This document shows positions 1-13,849 of a stretch of 64,000 bases of DNA, piece by piece (within the stretch, counting starts at the first letter, position 1; each line of letters opens with the position of its first letter). The notes beneath the pieces are model-generated. The model did not search any database, was not told the origin of the DNA, and saw only the letters and a list, made by a program, of their open reading frames with translations. Origin of the DNA: the human T2T-CHM13v2.0 reference genome, Homo sapiens; NCBI RefSeq assembly GCF_009914755.1, contig NC_060938.1. The stretch is one strand, 5' to 3'. The translations under genes and the position numbers were made by a program.

Positions 1-300
1 CTCGAATGACACCTGCAAAAGAAAATCGGTGCAGCAAGGGCACTACACCGTGCAGCGACATGGGGCATCACCGCTGAGTTTAAACACAGAGAACTGGGCT
101 GGACGAGAGGCCAGGGGCAGAGGAGGCAGGTGCTGGCTCCTTGTGCTTGTTGAATACATAGATGCAGCGCAAGCTTGTTTTATATATTGGTTATTTAACG
201 TGGAGCACATCTATACGGAGAAGCCTTTATTTATGCAATAAACAGGAGCAAGAAATCCCAAATGTACCCAATGCAAACAAAGAACAACGAACCAGCTCTT

Positions 301-948
<648 letters not shown>

Positions 949-968
949 TTAGAGCTCCCTGGGCGGCA

Positions 969-987
969 CCGCCACCAGGGGGCGCGA
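969..987 (+). promoter_or_regulatory. CTCF binding site
   Basis: CCGCCACCAGGGGGCGCGA contains the consensus core CCACCAGGGGGCGC (972-985) in a CpG-retaining GC-rich patch. Confidence 0.8.
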
Positions 988-3900
988 GCGGAGCAGGGAT
1001 ACGGGAATTCCCAGGGGCGCTCCCCGGGGATAAAGGGAGGGCGTGTGGGTCATTTGGTTTTGACCAGGGTGGACAGGGAGGCTTGGTTTGTACTGCTGGA
1101 GTGGCAGAGGAGGGCTGTGTGGACTTTCTCTGCCATTTCCCACACATGACAGGTTCTAAAACCCCCTTCCTCACCCACACAGCTGCCCCGGCCGTCTGGG
1201 GGCTGTGCTGGCTGTGGGGTGGAGGAAGGGCGGTCCAGTGCGTCCCGACCTCCCTACCAGCGGGCTTTGGCTGCGCTGACTGTTGTTTGCCCCTCTTTAG
1301 ATTCATCTGAGGGATGCTGCCTGGTGGGCGACAAACGGTTTTTAACCCAAGTTGTACTTTGTTGCAAGTTTGCAGAAATTACTTATTTTAAAATGTGCAG
1401 ATTCAATAGTTGAAGCCTGAAGTCTACATAATTGAATGACTAGAATCCTGAGATGATTTAACAAGCGCATATACCCACATTATCCTACTAACTGCACACA
1501 TTATTTGGGCTTAATTTTTCTATTTCCTCTGCTTGTAATCTACTTTCCTTCCAATCAGATACACAGCAATTCTATTCTTCCAGTATCAGCTGTTTTATAA
1601 TCACCACCCTGACAGCAGAACTACATCCTTGTACTCATTTAATAACTATTTATCATCCTCTATCTTCCCATTTTCAAAAAGGAATAATTTAAATGCTCCA
1701 GAAATTGGAAAAAATTGAAATTTGACCTTTATTAACTGGGTTAATTGTCAAAATCTCTGCTTGTAAAAAAAAAATTAATGACCAAAAAGTGTAACTTTTA
1801 GAGTTTCGAAGGTTAGGTTAATGTCCAAGGAAGTATAAACTTTGACCTTTTTGACACATGTCATAAGTAACATCTATCCTAATAAATTGCTACCTGTGAG
1901 CAATTATAACATTTTCCCTGTATCCAATCATGCAATTTAATTGCTGCTGGAAATCCTGGCTTCCTTAGAGATAGCCTGGAGGATTATTTGAAGCCTATGG
2001 GAGTCATTTTGTTTGTTTTAGGGAGGTTTATTTTTCATTTGGATTTCTAAACATTAAAATGTTCATGAACAAAGATCCTAGCTGCTTTGGCCACAGGCAG
2101 CTGGGGCAGTCAACAAAACTTGTCACAGGAATGAAACAGAAACATAAGATTCTACACTCAGATGTGGCCCATCAATGAACACAGATCCTCCAACTGCCTT
2201 GTGAACTGCCCATTTAAGATACTGAAGTACGTGTGGCTGGCGTGATTTTTCTCGGTTACTGCTGACAGTCAACTGAACCCCAAATGGGAATAAGAGGTGG
2301 TTTTTAAAATGTCATCACTTTAAAAATAGATGTTTGCAAACCAGTACTGGGAAGCGGGACTAGTTCCGTACACCAATATCATAACAGGCTTCAGTTGCAG
2401 CAAAGGAAACAGGGACTTCACTGTCACTTATGGGTCACCCCAAAGCTATGATGCCTAGGTCCCCTCTTGTAACTGCATCACTCATTTGGGAGATCTCAGG
2501 ATGTTAGAAAACTGGAAATGTAGTATCTACAAACATGAAGGTGATCCTAGCTTCCTGAGGCGAGCTTTCAAGTACTTGCATTGTTGGGGGAAAATCAGAC
2601 ACTCAACTTCTCTGTTGTTTGGTAACAGAAATGAACCCCTACGAGGGGAAAAAAATAAGTCAGACTAAGAACATACAGGTAATCCACAATTTTGTATAAA
2701 GTGGAGATTAAAAGTCCATCCAGCCTATTTTCCATTAAGATTAGGAAAGTGGAGCATATATTAAGAGCTAGCTTGGACACAGCTCGGCCCAGGAGGCCAT
2801 CCTGTTCCTCCACAAGCTCCTCGCCGACAAGCACCCTGTGTCATTTGGCCCCAGAGCCTAGTGTGGTGCCCAGCGCATGAGATGCTCAAGTAAGTGCTGG
2901 GTGAATCAGTGGACGTCATCACTAACTCAAAGCGTTTTTGGGGAGAAAACACGGACAAGACCATTGGCTAAACATGATGGCTGGGACCCACACTTGTCGC
3001 CTGTGGAACAGGGCTTCTGCCCCCCACCAGCTGTGGGGAGAAGCCAGCGGCAGCCCACCGCCTGCTTAGATCCTTGAGGGGAGGGCTTGCACCTCAGGGG
3101 TCTCAGATCTCCAGTATTCTGTGCCTCAGAGAATACTGAGTTAAGCTGGAGAGGCCGCTGTGTCCCATCCTGCCTTAGGATGCCCTTTTCACCCCTCACC
3201 CTCCTCCCGGGCATCTTCAGATCCAGCAGCGCTGAGTAAGCCCCTGAAGAAAGAGACCTCCTCTTTCGTCACCACAAAGTAAAGTTGAAAGGCAAACGTG
3301 GCTTGGCTTTTAAGACGCTCAGTACCCAGCCTGGTTAACATACGCCAAGCAGCCAGACCCTTCCCTTCAATGCTCTGCTCCGAGCCGGGAGCTTTTGTGA
3401 ACGTCAGTGGCGCGTGAGTCACCAGCTCCCATGGCATCTCAACATGTGGCAAAAATGTACAAAACCAGGCTGCTCCACACTCAGTATCCACTCAGGGCTC
3501 AAGTCTTGCAAAATAACACTGTAAAGCGCTTTTATGTAAAGCACCACCTTGGTGACAGCCTGCAGTGTGTCGGGGTTTCTGTCGTAGCACCTGCTTTTTA
3601 AGAGCAGGGCTGTAAGAAGGGAAGGAGGTTATTAACCACCCTGAGTCTGATCTAGGCTGATACTCATCACGCAAGCACAGAGCAGGAAATACAATTCCTT
3701 TTTCCTTTTTCCCCCGATACAACTTTTCAAAAACACCCATTCTGGTCCTTTGAAAATCCAAGGAGTGTTATGACTACATTTCCTGACTAATTATACTGCA
3801 GCCTTAATGGTGTCAACACTTATATTAGATAACATTAGCCCAATGCTAGTTGTTTTGACAATTGTCGATGACCAAAATAAAACAAACATTTTAATTTTTG

Positions 3901-4434
3901 TATGAGAAAGCAAGAACTGTTTTTCTAGACGCATTTCAGGATTCACCTGACAACATCTTCCGTTGCTAGCGTATTATTTCCTGGTGCCAGCTAGGGTTAT
4001 TATTTCCAAAACTAGGCTGGTTGGGGTGGCACACAATCGTAACTGCCATCTCTTGCTGCTCAATAAGTTGTCATTTGCAGATGCATTTAGGGGAGGGTTT
4101 GTTTAGAGTTGCTTGAAAACTTAAAGCCAAGAAATTCACAGGTGCTTGCTGGATGGTAGCTCATAATGAAATATATATATGTATGTATAAAGTCAGTCAC
4201 CAAATATTTTCCGTTTGAGATACGTGCCAAGTCTGGGAAAGGCACGGAGAATGTGACAGTTGGGTATGGACAGGAGGTCCACATGTTGAAGCCACACGGC
4301 TGAGGGGAATATTTCACCACCCACAGAAACCCCCGCAACTCAGAATGTGCCTCCAGTCTGCCATTAGTCCAGATCTTGGGCTGACTGACATCGCTCAGCC
4401 AGTCACAGTGGGAACCAACCATTGGATAGCTACT

Positions 4435-4620
4435 GTGTCCCAGGCACTGTGCCAGATTTACATCTATTACTGCAGCAACCTCCTGGGGTTATTCCATTTT
4501 GCAGATGAGAAAACCAACACCCTGCGCATCAAGAAACTTGCGCGGGGGTCACAGATGATAGGGGAAGGTAGGGGGTCCGGATTATACTTCAGGTTCTGCA
4601 GATTTCAAAGCCCATGTTTG
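4435..4620 (-). mobile_element. MIR
   Basis: ccattttgcagatgagaaaacc...aaacttgc...ggtcacag MIR core. Confidence 0.7.
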
Positions 4621-6459
4621 GGATGAGCTGCTTCTCTGGGCTAAAATTTTGTGTATGGGCTAAAGTGCAAACACTCTTCATGGACTAGACACTGAGGGGA
4701 GAATCTGCTCATTGGTTCCTTCTTGAAGAGTAAGTTTTGCATGAATGACGGGTGGAGTGTGAGGGTGGGAAGCTCTGCACACCCTGCAGAAAGAGGCACA
4801 GCCGGCAGGGGGAGCTCACCCTCACGCATCCTCCAGGTGCCTTCCTAGGACTTTAAACTGACTCTGGGATCCTACAAGGAGCTCCTCCGGAACCTCATTA
4901 AAATGGAGAAGAATGGTTGAGGTTCAAGCCACAACTTGATCCTTTTCTACCAGAACACTCTTGAGGAGTCAGGTACAAGCGGCAGAAACAGGAAGCAAAG
5001 AGAGGAGAGCGAGGAAATGGAGAGAGAAGAAAGGAGTGTGATTTTAACGCCACCCTGGGACTTCGGAGGCACGCGGGCCTCCCACTTGGTTATGGTTGTT
5101 CGGTCAGTCTGGAAGCCTCCCCAGAGCCCGCACTCTGCACCAGGTGCTGTACAAGACTCTAGGAATTCAAACAGCCAGGTGGGGACACACAGGGCCTCAC
5201 CAGCACCAGCATTTCCACGTTCATTTTCCTGTCAAGTTTGGCCTAACCCATGTTGAGGAGCTTCTCTGTTGCCTAAGGGGGAAGAATATGAGTTTGGGGA
5301 AAGTTTTCTATACACACACATATATATGTATTCATATGTGTGTATGTATGTGCTCATATATACCAAGTAGGTTTATACAGAAATAGGTGACACACATGTG
5401 CGTGCACACACAGATACGCCTGCATTTGGGCCAAGAAAAGCTGCCCAGAAGTGAGAGGGTATCACGAGGCTGTTAAATAAAGACCAAGAGCTGATGGACA
5501 GTGGTGTCATGACCTGAGTTAAGGTTCCCACCTCCATAAACTGCTACTGAGTCCACACACAGGGGCTTCCCAGTCCTTTCACCTTGTTTCTAAGGCATCT
5601 ACTAAGGGTGGCATCTGTGAAGGGAGCAGCAATCACCGGGAGGCGCCCTCCTGAAGTCCATCCATTACGAGAGTGGCACAACTGCACGCGTGCTCTCCCT
5701 GCAGGCACCGGGGCACCAGCACTGCAGTCAGGAACCAGTGACCAGCATCTTCGCTGGATTCCCCCCAAGAAGCCTGAACTTCTCAGCCCCTCCTGTTCAT
5801 GGCTGGTTCTTCCCTGCCTCCCTCCTTACCCTCAAGGGCTCACCCCACCTCCATATCTCACAAACAGAGCCCTAAGCCCAGCCACGTGGGTCCACCCGTT
5901 CACAGCCTGGTATGCTCTGCCACGCCTACCGTTCAGATGTCTGCCTCAGTGCCTCAAGGGCAGGGCTTCTTGAGTCTGAATTACCCACAGAATCTGTGTT
6001 CCACTAAGAACACAACTGTTGCTAGGTCCAGGGCCGAGGTTCCCAAATCAATGGACAGATGACGCACGCCGCTTGCTGGCAAAGCATGGATGATTTTGCT
6101 ATCCCCAGTCTCAAGAACATCTCCTGCTTCCTGGTAGTGGCTCCGGCTTAGAAGATGGTCATCACAAGCATTCACTGGCTGTTTAACAGGTACAGGCGCG
6201 GCACGCAGCTTTTCAACGCACCCAGCACTGCTGAGGTAGAGAGTGTGAGGCTCCCTGAAGGGGGTGACAGAAGCTCCTAACAACTGGCCCAGGATCCCAT
6301 GCCTGGAACCAGGTCTGAGTGGTCCATACACCCCGATGGCTGCGCCTGCTCACCTCCAGAGCAGCAGGCATGTGCTCTCTCACAGCAGGCGTTAGGGAGT
6401 GCTCCCTCCCTTGGCTGAATTCCGCCACCCAACCCCTGGCCCTAGCTGTGCCTTTTGCA

Positions 6460-6580
6460 GACCCAGAATGAGTCTCACCCCTCCTTCAGGCAACAGCTCT
6501 TCAAATCTGTGAAGACAGGAAGATCATGTCCCTGCTAAGACTTCCTCTCTCCAGCCCAAGCACACCCAGGACCAGCAGGG
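6460..6580 (-). mobile_element. L3/CR1 fragment
   Basis: cttcaaatctgtgaagacagg...atcatgtccct...cttcctctctccagc resembles L3 consensus. Confidence 0.5.
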
Positions 6581-7072
6581 CAGCTTCATTTAAATAACAA
6601 ATTTGCCAGTGCATTTAAATACAATTCAAGTTATTCAAATTCAATTTATACACAGAATTTTAGGAATATATTAGATAAGGGGCTGCTGATTAAAATAGTA
6701 GGGTGACCCTTAATGACATTACTGGATCCTATCCTACACCCACCTCAAATTGACATTTAAATAAAAATGAGTCAAATTCCTGGGTCAGGTTAGCAGCTCT
6801 CCCGCATTACACGCATTTGTTTTGCCAGATCAATAATAACACGAGCACGGTGCAGAAGCAGCTGCTCACTTCAGCTAGGGTTACCGTCAACACTGTCATA
6901 TCCGGGCTCTCCGCAAAGTACCCTCCAAACCAACCACCACTATCATTCCCTATTTTCTTCACAGTCAGTGCCATTTCGGTTCTGAGCTCAAGTCACATGC
7001 ACTTTCATTGGACTGGCTTTATTCTTTTGCTCCTACAATGTACGTATTAATCACCAAGGAAATATAACTGGT

Positions 7073-7385
7073 GGCCGGGTGCAGTGGCTCACACCTATAT
7101 TCCCAGCACTTTGGGAGGCAGAGGCAGGTGGGTCACCTGAGGTCAGGAGATCGGGACCAGTCTGGCCAACATGGTGAGACTAAAAAATAAAAAAAATTGG
7201 CCAGGTGTGGTGGTGGGCACCTTTAATCCCAGCTACTCAGGAGGCTGAGGCAGGAGAATTGCTTGAACCCAGGAGATAGAGGTTGCAGTGAGCTGACACA
7301 GTGCCACTGCACTGTGAGACACTGCCTGGGAGACACTGCCTGGGAGACAGAGGGAGATTCTGTCTTAAAGAAAAAGAAAAAAGAA
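7073..7385 (+). mobile_element. AluS with TSD-like aaatataactg flanks
   Basis: Full dimer; flanks at ~7060-7070 and ~7385-7395. Confidence 0.93.
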
Positions 7386-9296
7386 AATATAACTGATGAT
7401 TTACAGAAAATTGATTCCCTCATTTTTAAGTGGAGGTTTAATTTAGCATAACTCTGTATATTGGGAACCTGGGACTATTTTTAATGTCTTACCCCATCTC
7501 TCAAAAAAAAAAAAATTACAGACATCTCTTAGTGAGCCTCTTCTAGAAACTACTGGGGAAAAACCACCTATCAATTGCCAGTTTACATGAAAAACAGGGA
7601 GGTTTTTCTAGGCCGGTGAAATCTAATTGCTAACTATTTACACAAATAACACACAGAGCTAATGAAACAGAAGCAGAGCCTGGCATGTTTCCAGTAACTA
7701 GCCTGAACAGCCTCTTATCCAAAAGCATTCAGAAGAAAGTAAACTTTAAAATGATTTGAGAGAAAGGTCTATTTTCATGACAGACGGCAATGAGGGTTCT
7801 TCAATGCCAATTTAATCACTTTCCCTCAATTTTCAAATGCTTAAGTTGTAGCTCCAAGTGTCTGTGCAGGCAGCACTAGAGCTGCCGAACCGCAGCGGGG
7901 CAACGAGGATGACTAATGTGTGCTGTGGTCTCGCCTGCCTTTGCGAGTCATTTTAGGGCAATCCTACCCAACTCAGGAAAGTAATGCTGTTCAATAGATA
8001 CTGTCTTCTGACATCAAAACAGTTCCGTTCTTGTGGGCGCCATTTTTATGTCATGCAGAGGCTGTTCTCAACTGGAAGCATACTTCATCTCTTTTTGATC
8101 CAATAACCTTAATGACCAAGTCTGTCAATGGAGAAATGACAGAAAAAACAGCTGCTAAATTTTTAAGCAGGGACTTTGGACAATTTAGTACCATTCTTTT
8201 CACAAGTAAATGAAGAAACTGGGTCCCAGGAACCGACATCACAACACCCATTAAAGGTGGCGCCGGAACAGGAGCTTGGGATCCCGACTCCAGTCTGGCG
8301 CTATCCCAGCTCCACGGGAACTCGAACTTTGCCGGGGAATAGTTTGAAAACCCAGCTGTCTCATGATGTTATTTTATGTTTGAACTGTATATATGTTTTC
8401 AAAAAAGATTTTTTATTATTAGGCTTGGAAACTTTTAATCCTATAAGAAGATAATTCTATGGACAAATTGGTCATCAAAGTTCTAGAAGGCTCTGGGGCT
8501 TCTAGAGTCGGAAACTCAAGTACTACAATGCTATTGCCTTTTAGAAATTAACACTAAGCTTTACAGACTATTTAATATTTTTGGTAAGGTATCTCAGGTG
8601 TAAAGCTGATACGAGAGGTGGCAATCACATGCTTCCTCCTGGTATACATCAACAAGCTAGGAAAGGTACAGGCGTCAACGCCAGGAAATGTCCCAGCCTC
8701 ACGCAGACATGAAGCTTGCCTCCAGCGCCCAGTGCAGCAGGTAAACTAACCTGCTGAGCAACGCAAGCAACGCCTTAAAGAGTTAAATTTATCTCAACTG
8801 TCAGGGGGGATTAGGCAATTGATCTGCAGAGCTATGTCTTCCCCAAGAGAAACTCCCAGAGCATCCTTAAGACGACCTGTGTTGCAGCAGCATTTATCAA
8901 ACACTTGGGGGAATAATTCACGTTTTCAAAATCAGCGGTGTACTTAGGACATCAGAGACAATGTGAAAATTTGTGGTAAAGAAAAACTGGTATCAGTAAA
9001 CCTGAAAACTGGTGGCAGAAGGAGACAGATCCCTCTCCCACCCCAAGGACATGGTCCCAACCTTTTCCTTCCCCTAAATCCTAAGGACTCCTTTTCTTGA
9101 GTTCCCGCTGCCTGCATAGATGGGCACGCTGATGAGGGGGGCTCCTACAGTCCTCTGGGCCCCACGGCTATGTCTCAGTAGCCCCCAGGTTAGCACAGCC
9201 CAGGGCAGGAGGTCAAGGTTCCAACAATGCTTGGGCAGTAAGATGGATTGTGTAAAAGCTAAACTCACAGGGCCTGTCCCACTCCAAAAAAAGGAA

Positions 9297-10239
9297 TAGA
9301 CAAAAATATTAATCATGTTTTTCTTTTAATAAGGGTTTTTACTCAAAAGTGTAGCTTTGAAAATCTCTAGCTTGTTGTGAAAACCAGGAAAGCCAAGGAG
9401 CTGCCTCACACTGCACACCACCACGTGAAGCTGTGGGCCGCTGTGTGTTTGCAAACTCTCCATTACCAAGGCTGGAATCAAATGCACCACTTTAAAATCA
9501 GAGCCAACATTTAAAATTAGGAGGATGATGCATGTCCTACTTTGATTCAAGGAGAAAGGACAAGTTCTTAGTACAGTAAAACAAAACACAAAAGTAAACA
9601 AATCTTTAGAAATCACTATATATATGTGTGTTTATATATATATTTTTATATAATTAGGATTATCATCATTTCAAACTATTAAAAATAAGGTTGCCACCTT
9701 ACCTTTTCTTTTGGTAATGGGGTGTTATTTTTTTTAAGAGAAAAAACCAAACATTTTGCCCAGACTCTAGAGTTTCCCAACTTCAATTCTGTTTTCTGCT
9801 GTGCAACTTCCCCACCTTCACGCTGTATCCCCAAGTCCCGCCACCAATTCTGGCTGGCAGGAGGCAGAGCAAGCTTTCATTCTGGTCATCAAGATGACAG
9901 GCCCACAAAAGTACAGCTGAGACGGGAACTGAATTCTTCCCCAGGAAGAAAATACCTATACCCACAATAGGTCTGCAAAATCTCCCACAGGCACCTCTTC
10001 TCCCTTTCTTGTGGTTGTTTGTTAATTGGTTTGTTTTGCCTAAAAGCAAGATGGCAATCTTAATCAAAAAGGGAAGCTAGATTTTTAAAATAACTTAAAA
10101 AAACCATTTTTATATAAAGCAGCAAAAACATATCTTCCTCTCTGCAGAAAGAAAAATGTTAACAAGGAAACACAGCGATGTGAACGGACTGTCCGTCAAC
10201 TCCTGCTCCACTGGATCCCCCATCCAGCTTCACCTCGAG
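9297..10239 (-). other. SETD3: SETD3 3' UTR (~940 nt; 3' end approximate)
   Basis: Lies between the stop codon and the ATTAAA signal; AU-rich tract at ~9617-9655. Confidence 0.85.
9325..9330 (-). terminator. Polyadenylation signal ATTAAA of full-length SETD3
   Basis: tttaat on the + strand, followed on the minus strand by a U-rich/GU-rich element (ccttttttttggagtggg, ~9278-9295). Confidence 0.75.
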
Positions 10240-10686
10240 CTACTCCTTAACTCCAGCAGTGCTGTCTGAAGAAGATCCTTTGGCGTCTTCAACTGCTCTT
10301 TTACTTTCTTGATTGAGACTTTCATTTTCGGACCTGGTCCCATTAGGGATAGAGTTTTCACCGTTTACAAGCCCGTTTTCTGTGGCCTTTGCTTTGCTGA
10401 TTGCCTCTCTGATGTTCAAGGCATCCTGCACTCCAGCCTCCTCCTCGAGGTTTCTCAAGACCAGGGGGAGCCTCGAGTCCCCCACGCTGCTCTCCAACAG
10501 CCCAAGGTTACTCTCTTCATATTTGGGAAGCGGAGCCTTTTCCTCCATCTGTTGGCGATAGTATTCCCGGTTGACAGCTGCACTCTTTACTGCTTTTTCC
10601 AAAATCTCTTTCTCACCTAAGCGCAATTTGATGGCCATTTTTGCACGAACAGAAAGATCGTGGTTTTTCAAGACGGATTTATCTTC
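10240..10686 (-). CDS. SETD3: SETD3 terminal coding exon (exon 13), EDKSVLKNHDL...DSTAGVKE*, residues 447-594
   Basis: Acceptor tttccag|GAAGAT at 10687/10686; matches ORF 10240..10671; TAG stop at 10240-10242; 447 nt = 148 codons + stop. Confidence 0.98.
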   Translation of the reverse strand, partial: EDKSVLKNHDLSVRAKMAIKLRLGEKEILEKAVKSAAVNREYYRQQMEEKAPLPKYEESNLGLLESSVGDSRLPLVLRNLEEEAGVQDALNIREAISKAKATENGLVNGENSIPNGTRSENESLNQESKRAVEDAKGSSSDSTAGVKE

Positions 10687-10739
10687 CTGGAAAACAAGAG
10701 CAAAATTAATTACAAGAAGTCTAAACCAGCAAAACTATA

Positions 10740-10905
10740 GAGACAGAGGGCACAACGGCTGGGGATGGGGACATGAGGGAACTTTTTGGGGTGACGGGAG
10801 GTTCTAACACTTGACTGGGCAGGTGGTCGCATGACCAGACACTCACATCAAAACGTACGCTTCAGAAGTATGCCTTTCATTGTATGTAAATTATATCTCA
10901 ATGGA
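10740..10905 (+). mobile_element. L1ME-type 3' end fragment just inside intron 12
   Basis: catgagggaactttttggggtga...ttgtatgtaaattatatctcaat. Confidence 0.7.
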
Positions 10906-11270
10906 AATGTTACAAAACAAGAAAGAACAGCCTAAATCAAACAGTGCTACCCCATCTGCCAGGGAACTTCACTGATTTAAAAATCATCCTGTCTATCTTG
11001 GGCACTGATAGCCCCAGGGCAGCACGTGGGTGAATGGCATCAGTGAAGGAACGAATAAATGAGAAAGATGTATTTGAAGTTAGTGGCTCAGTAGTGAACT
11101 TAAAAAGCACAAATGAAAACATGTTTGTGAAATCACGTGAATTATAAATTATAAAAAAGTATTGAATAATCTTAAAAATGTATCTTCTAATAAACAATGC
11201 CTAAATATGATTTTTTGGGAAATGAATGGAAAATTTCAAATGCAATCATTTTGCTAAACTATTACAGTAG

Positions 11271-11596
<326 letters not shown>

Positions 11597-11654
11597 TCAT
11601 TAAACATCTTAACAACACAACAAGTTCAAAACCTCATTTATTTAGTGTAATTAC

Positions 11655-11815
11655 CTCAATAGTTGTTTTATATGTTTTTAAAAGAAGTGAGGCTCTATCT
11701 TCAAGAAATGTCCAAAGTTTGACCTCGTTGTCCCAGCTAACAGGAAATTCCGAGTTCCCCAAGGTGAAGATTCTATCAATAGCGCTGTCTCCCAGCAAGT
11801 GTTCTTTCAGTTCTT
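11655..11815 (-). CDS. SETD3: SETD3 exon 12 (E)ELKEHLLGDSAIDR...KTYKTTIE, Rubisco-LSMT substrate-binding domain
   Basis: tgtag|AAGAAC acceptor and ATTGAG|gtaatt donor; 161 nt, phase 1 in and 0 out; within ORF 11634..11861. Confidence 0.98.
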
Positions 11816-12406
11816 CTACAAGAAATACAAATGGCAATCTGTTAGGAGGAAAACATAGCACTCCTCATTTGAACAAGCAATCTACCTTAGAAAATATTGT
11901 TTCCAACAACGCCATTTTCCCACGGTAAAAGCTGTCCCTACGCAATGGGCCAGGCCACTCCTAGACTCTCCAAAGTAGAGCAGAGCTAAGTTTTGGGGAG
12001 CAACACCAGGTCAGGCCTCTCCATGTGGAATCCTGATCAAGCCTTGGTAGCACTCCATTTTTCACTGTTTCTATGAGGGACACTGAGAGCCTTTAGACAG
12101 TTTCACAAGATACTTTTTAAAGACAATCTACAGCCATGTACCCCCTTATTTTGACAATACCCCTTTTGCTAGCCATGAGCTCCATCACACCAAGTCAAAA
12201 AAGACATTTAGGTGAACGATGTAAACGGTGAAAGGAACAAGAGCCACAACAATCCCGCAAGCCCATAACTGTAAATCTGATTGGCACTTATTCTAGTAGA
12301 TGACCTGACCAAGCTATTTAAGCCACGTTCGTAACAAGCCACAAACTGAAAGAAATAAGAGCCTAAATCAAACAGTGCTACCATAAGGAGCACTATCAAA
12401 ATCTTA

Positions 12407-12715
<309 letters not shown>

Positions 12716-13849
12716 TCAGTTAATGAAAAATATGCCCATCTCTCTTACTTGTCAGGAATTTAAATAGGAATTACAAATACACACAAGTGAACATCTCAAT
12801 TATCTCCAAATATATTTAAGAAGAGGAAAGAATTCAGCAACTGCTCTTAGCATTTTATCTCCCGGCACATTATCTCCAAAACCAAAACAAGCCGATCCTA
12901 TTCATGCTGAAGAAACAGACCCATGCTTCTTATGTGATTAGGAGACAGTGTCTCTTTCAGAGCAAAATGCCCCACAGCTGTCACTATTTACGATTCAAAC
13001 TGAAGAACTGCGGCTGCCAGCAAACCAAACTTTTATTAGTATTAGTTAGAGTAATTCAAAGATACAGCAATTGTCTTGACATGACAAATTGTCTATGACT
13101 AGAGAGGAACTAAAGAGAATCAACAGACCTAAAAGGATTCAAGCAGTTTTAAGAAAACAAGCTATCTAATGTTCAAAAAAGTTTATTAACTTTTATTTGT
13201 TAGTAAAGATCATGATAAAATTCAGGATTTTTAGTTTTGAGTCATTTTATATTCTTTGCATACAACATGGACGTTCTGTTTTTTTAAGCTTTCTTAGTGG
13301 CTGAAAGTTCTTTTCAAAGGCCCCCAGTATGAAGGTTACTGTTTCCTTCCCTCATCTCCTTCCTCAATCTGCCCAAGTTGCACTCTGCAATGATGGAAGC
13401 TGCAGGTGTGCGGCAGAGCTTTCTCTCCGCTACTTTTTAAAAGTGAAACTGGACTCATTTCACATTTCTGGAGAAATAAAGCCTACAAAAAGGGGAGTAA
13501 GACAATGTAGCATGTGGCCTGCCTGCAGGCCAGGAGCTCCTGCAGCAGGTGCCCTCCTGAGCTTTCCTCCAGCAAACAGGGCCTGCAAATTATCCCTGCA
13601 CCTCATTCTGGCCACCACAGTGTGTGCTCACCCCGGAGGGTACAGAGCCCAGTGCCCTCCACCCTCTCTCCCTAGCTCCTGCTCAAGCTCCTCCCTATGC
13701 TAAAGGTCTTCAGTCATACCCCTCCCCTCCTGCTCTACCTTGTCCAAACAGTCGCTGAGCTCCACAGTTTAACTTGAATGCCATTTCCTCCAGACCCCTA
13801 GAGCACTAAGACTTTTTTCCATGTACTATGTTATCTGTGAACCAGCAGG

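Noticed and set aside
10309-10807. Plus-strand ORFs over the last SETD3 exon
   Set aside because: Antisense shadows of the real coding exon
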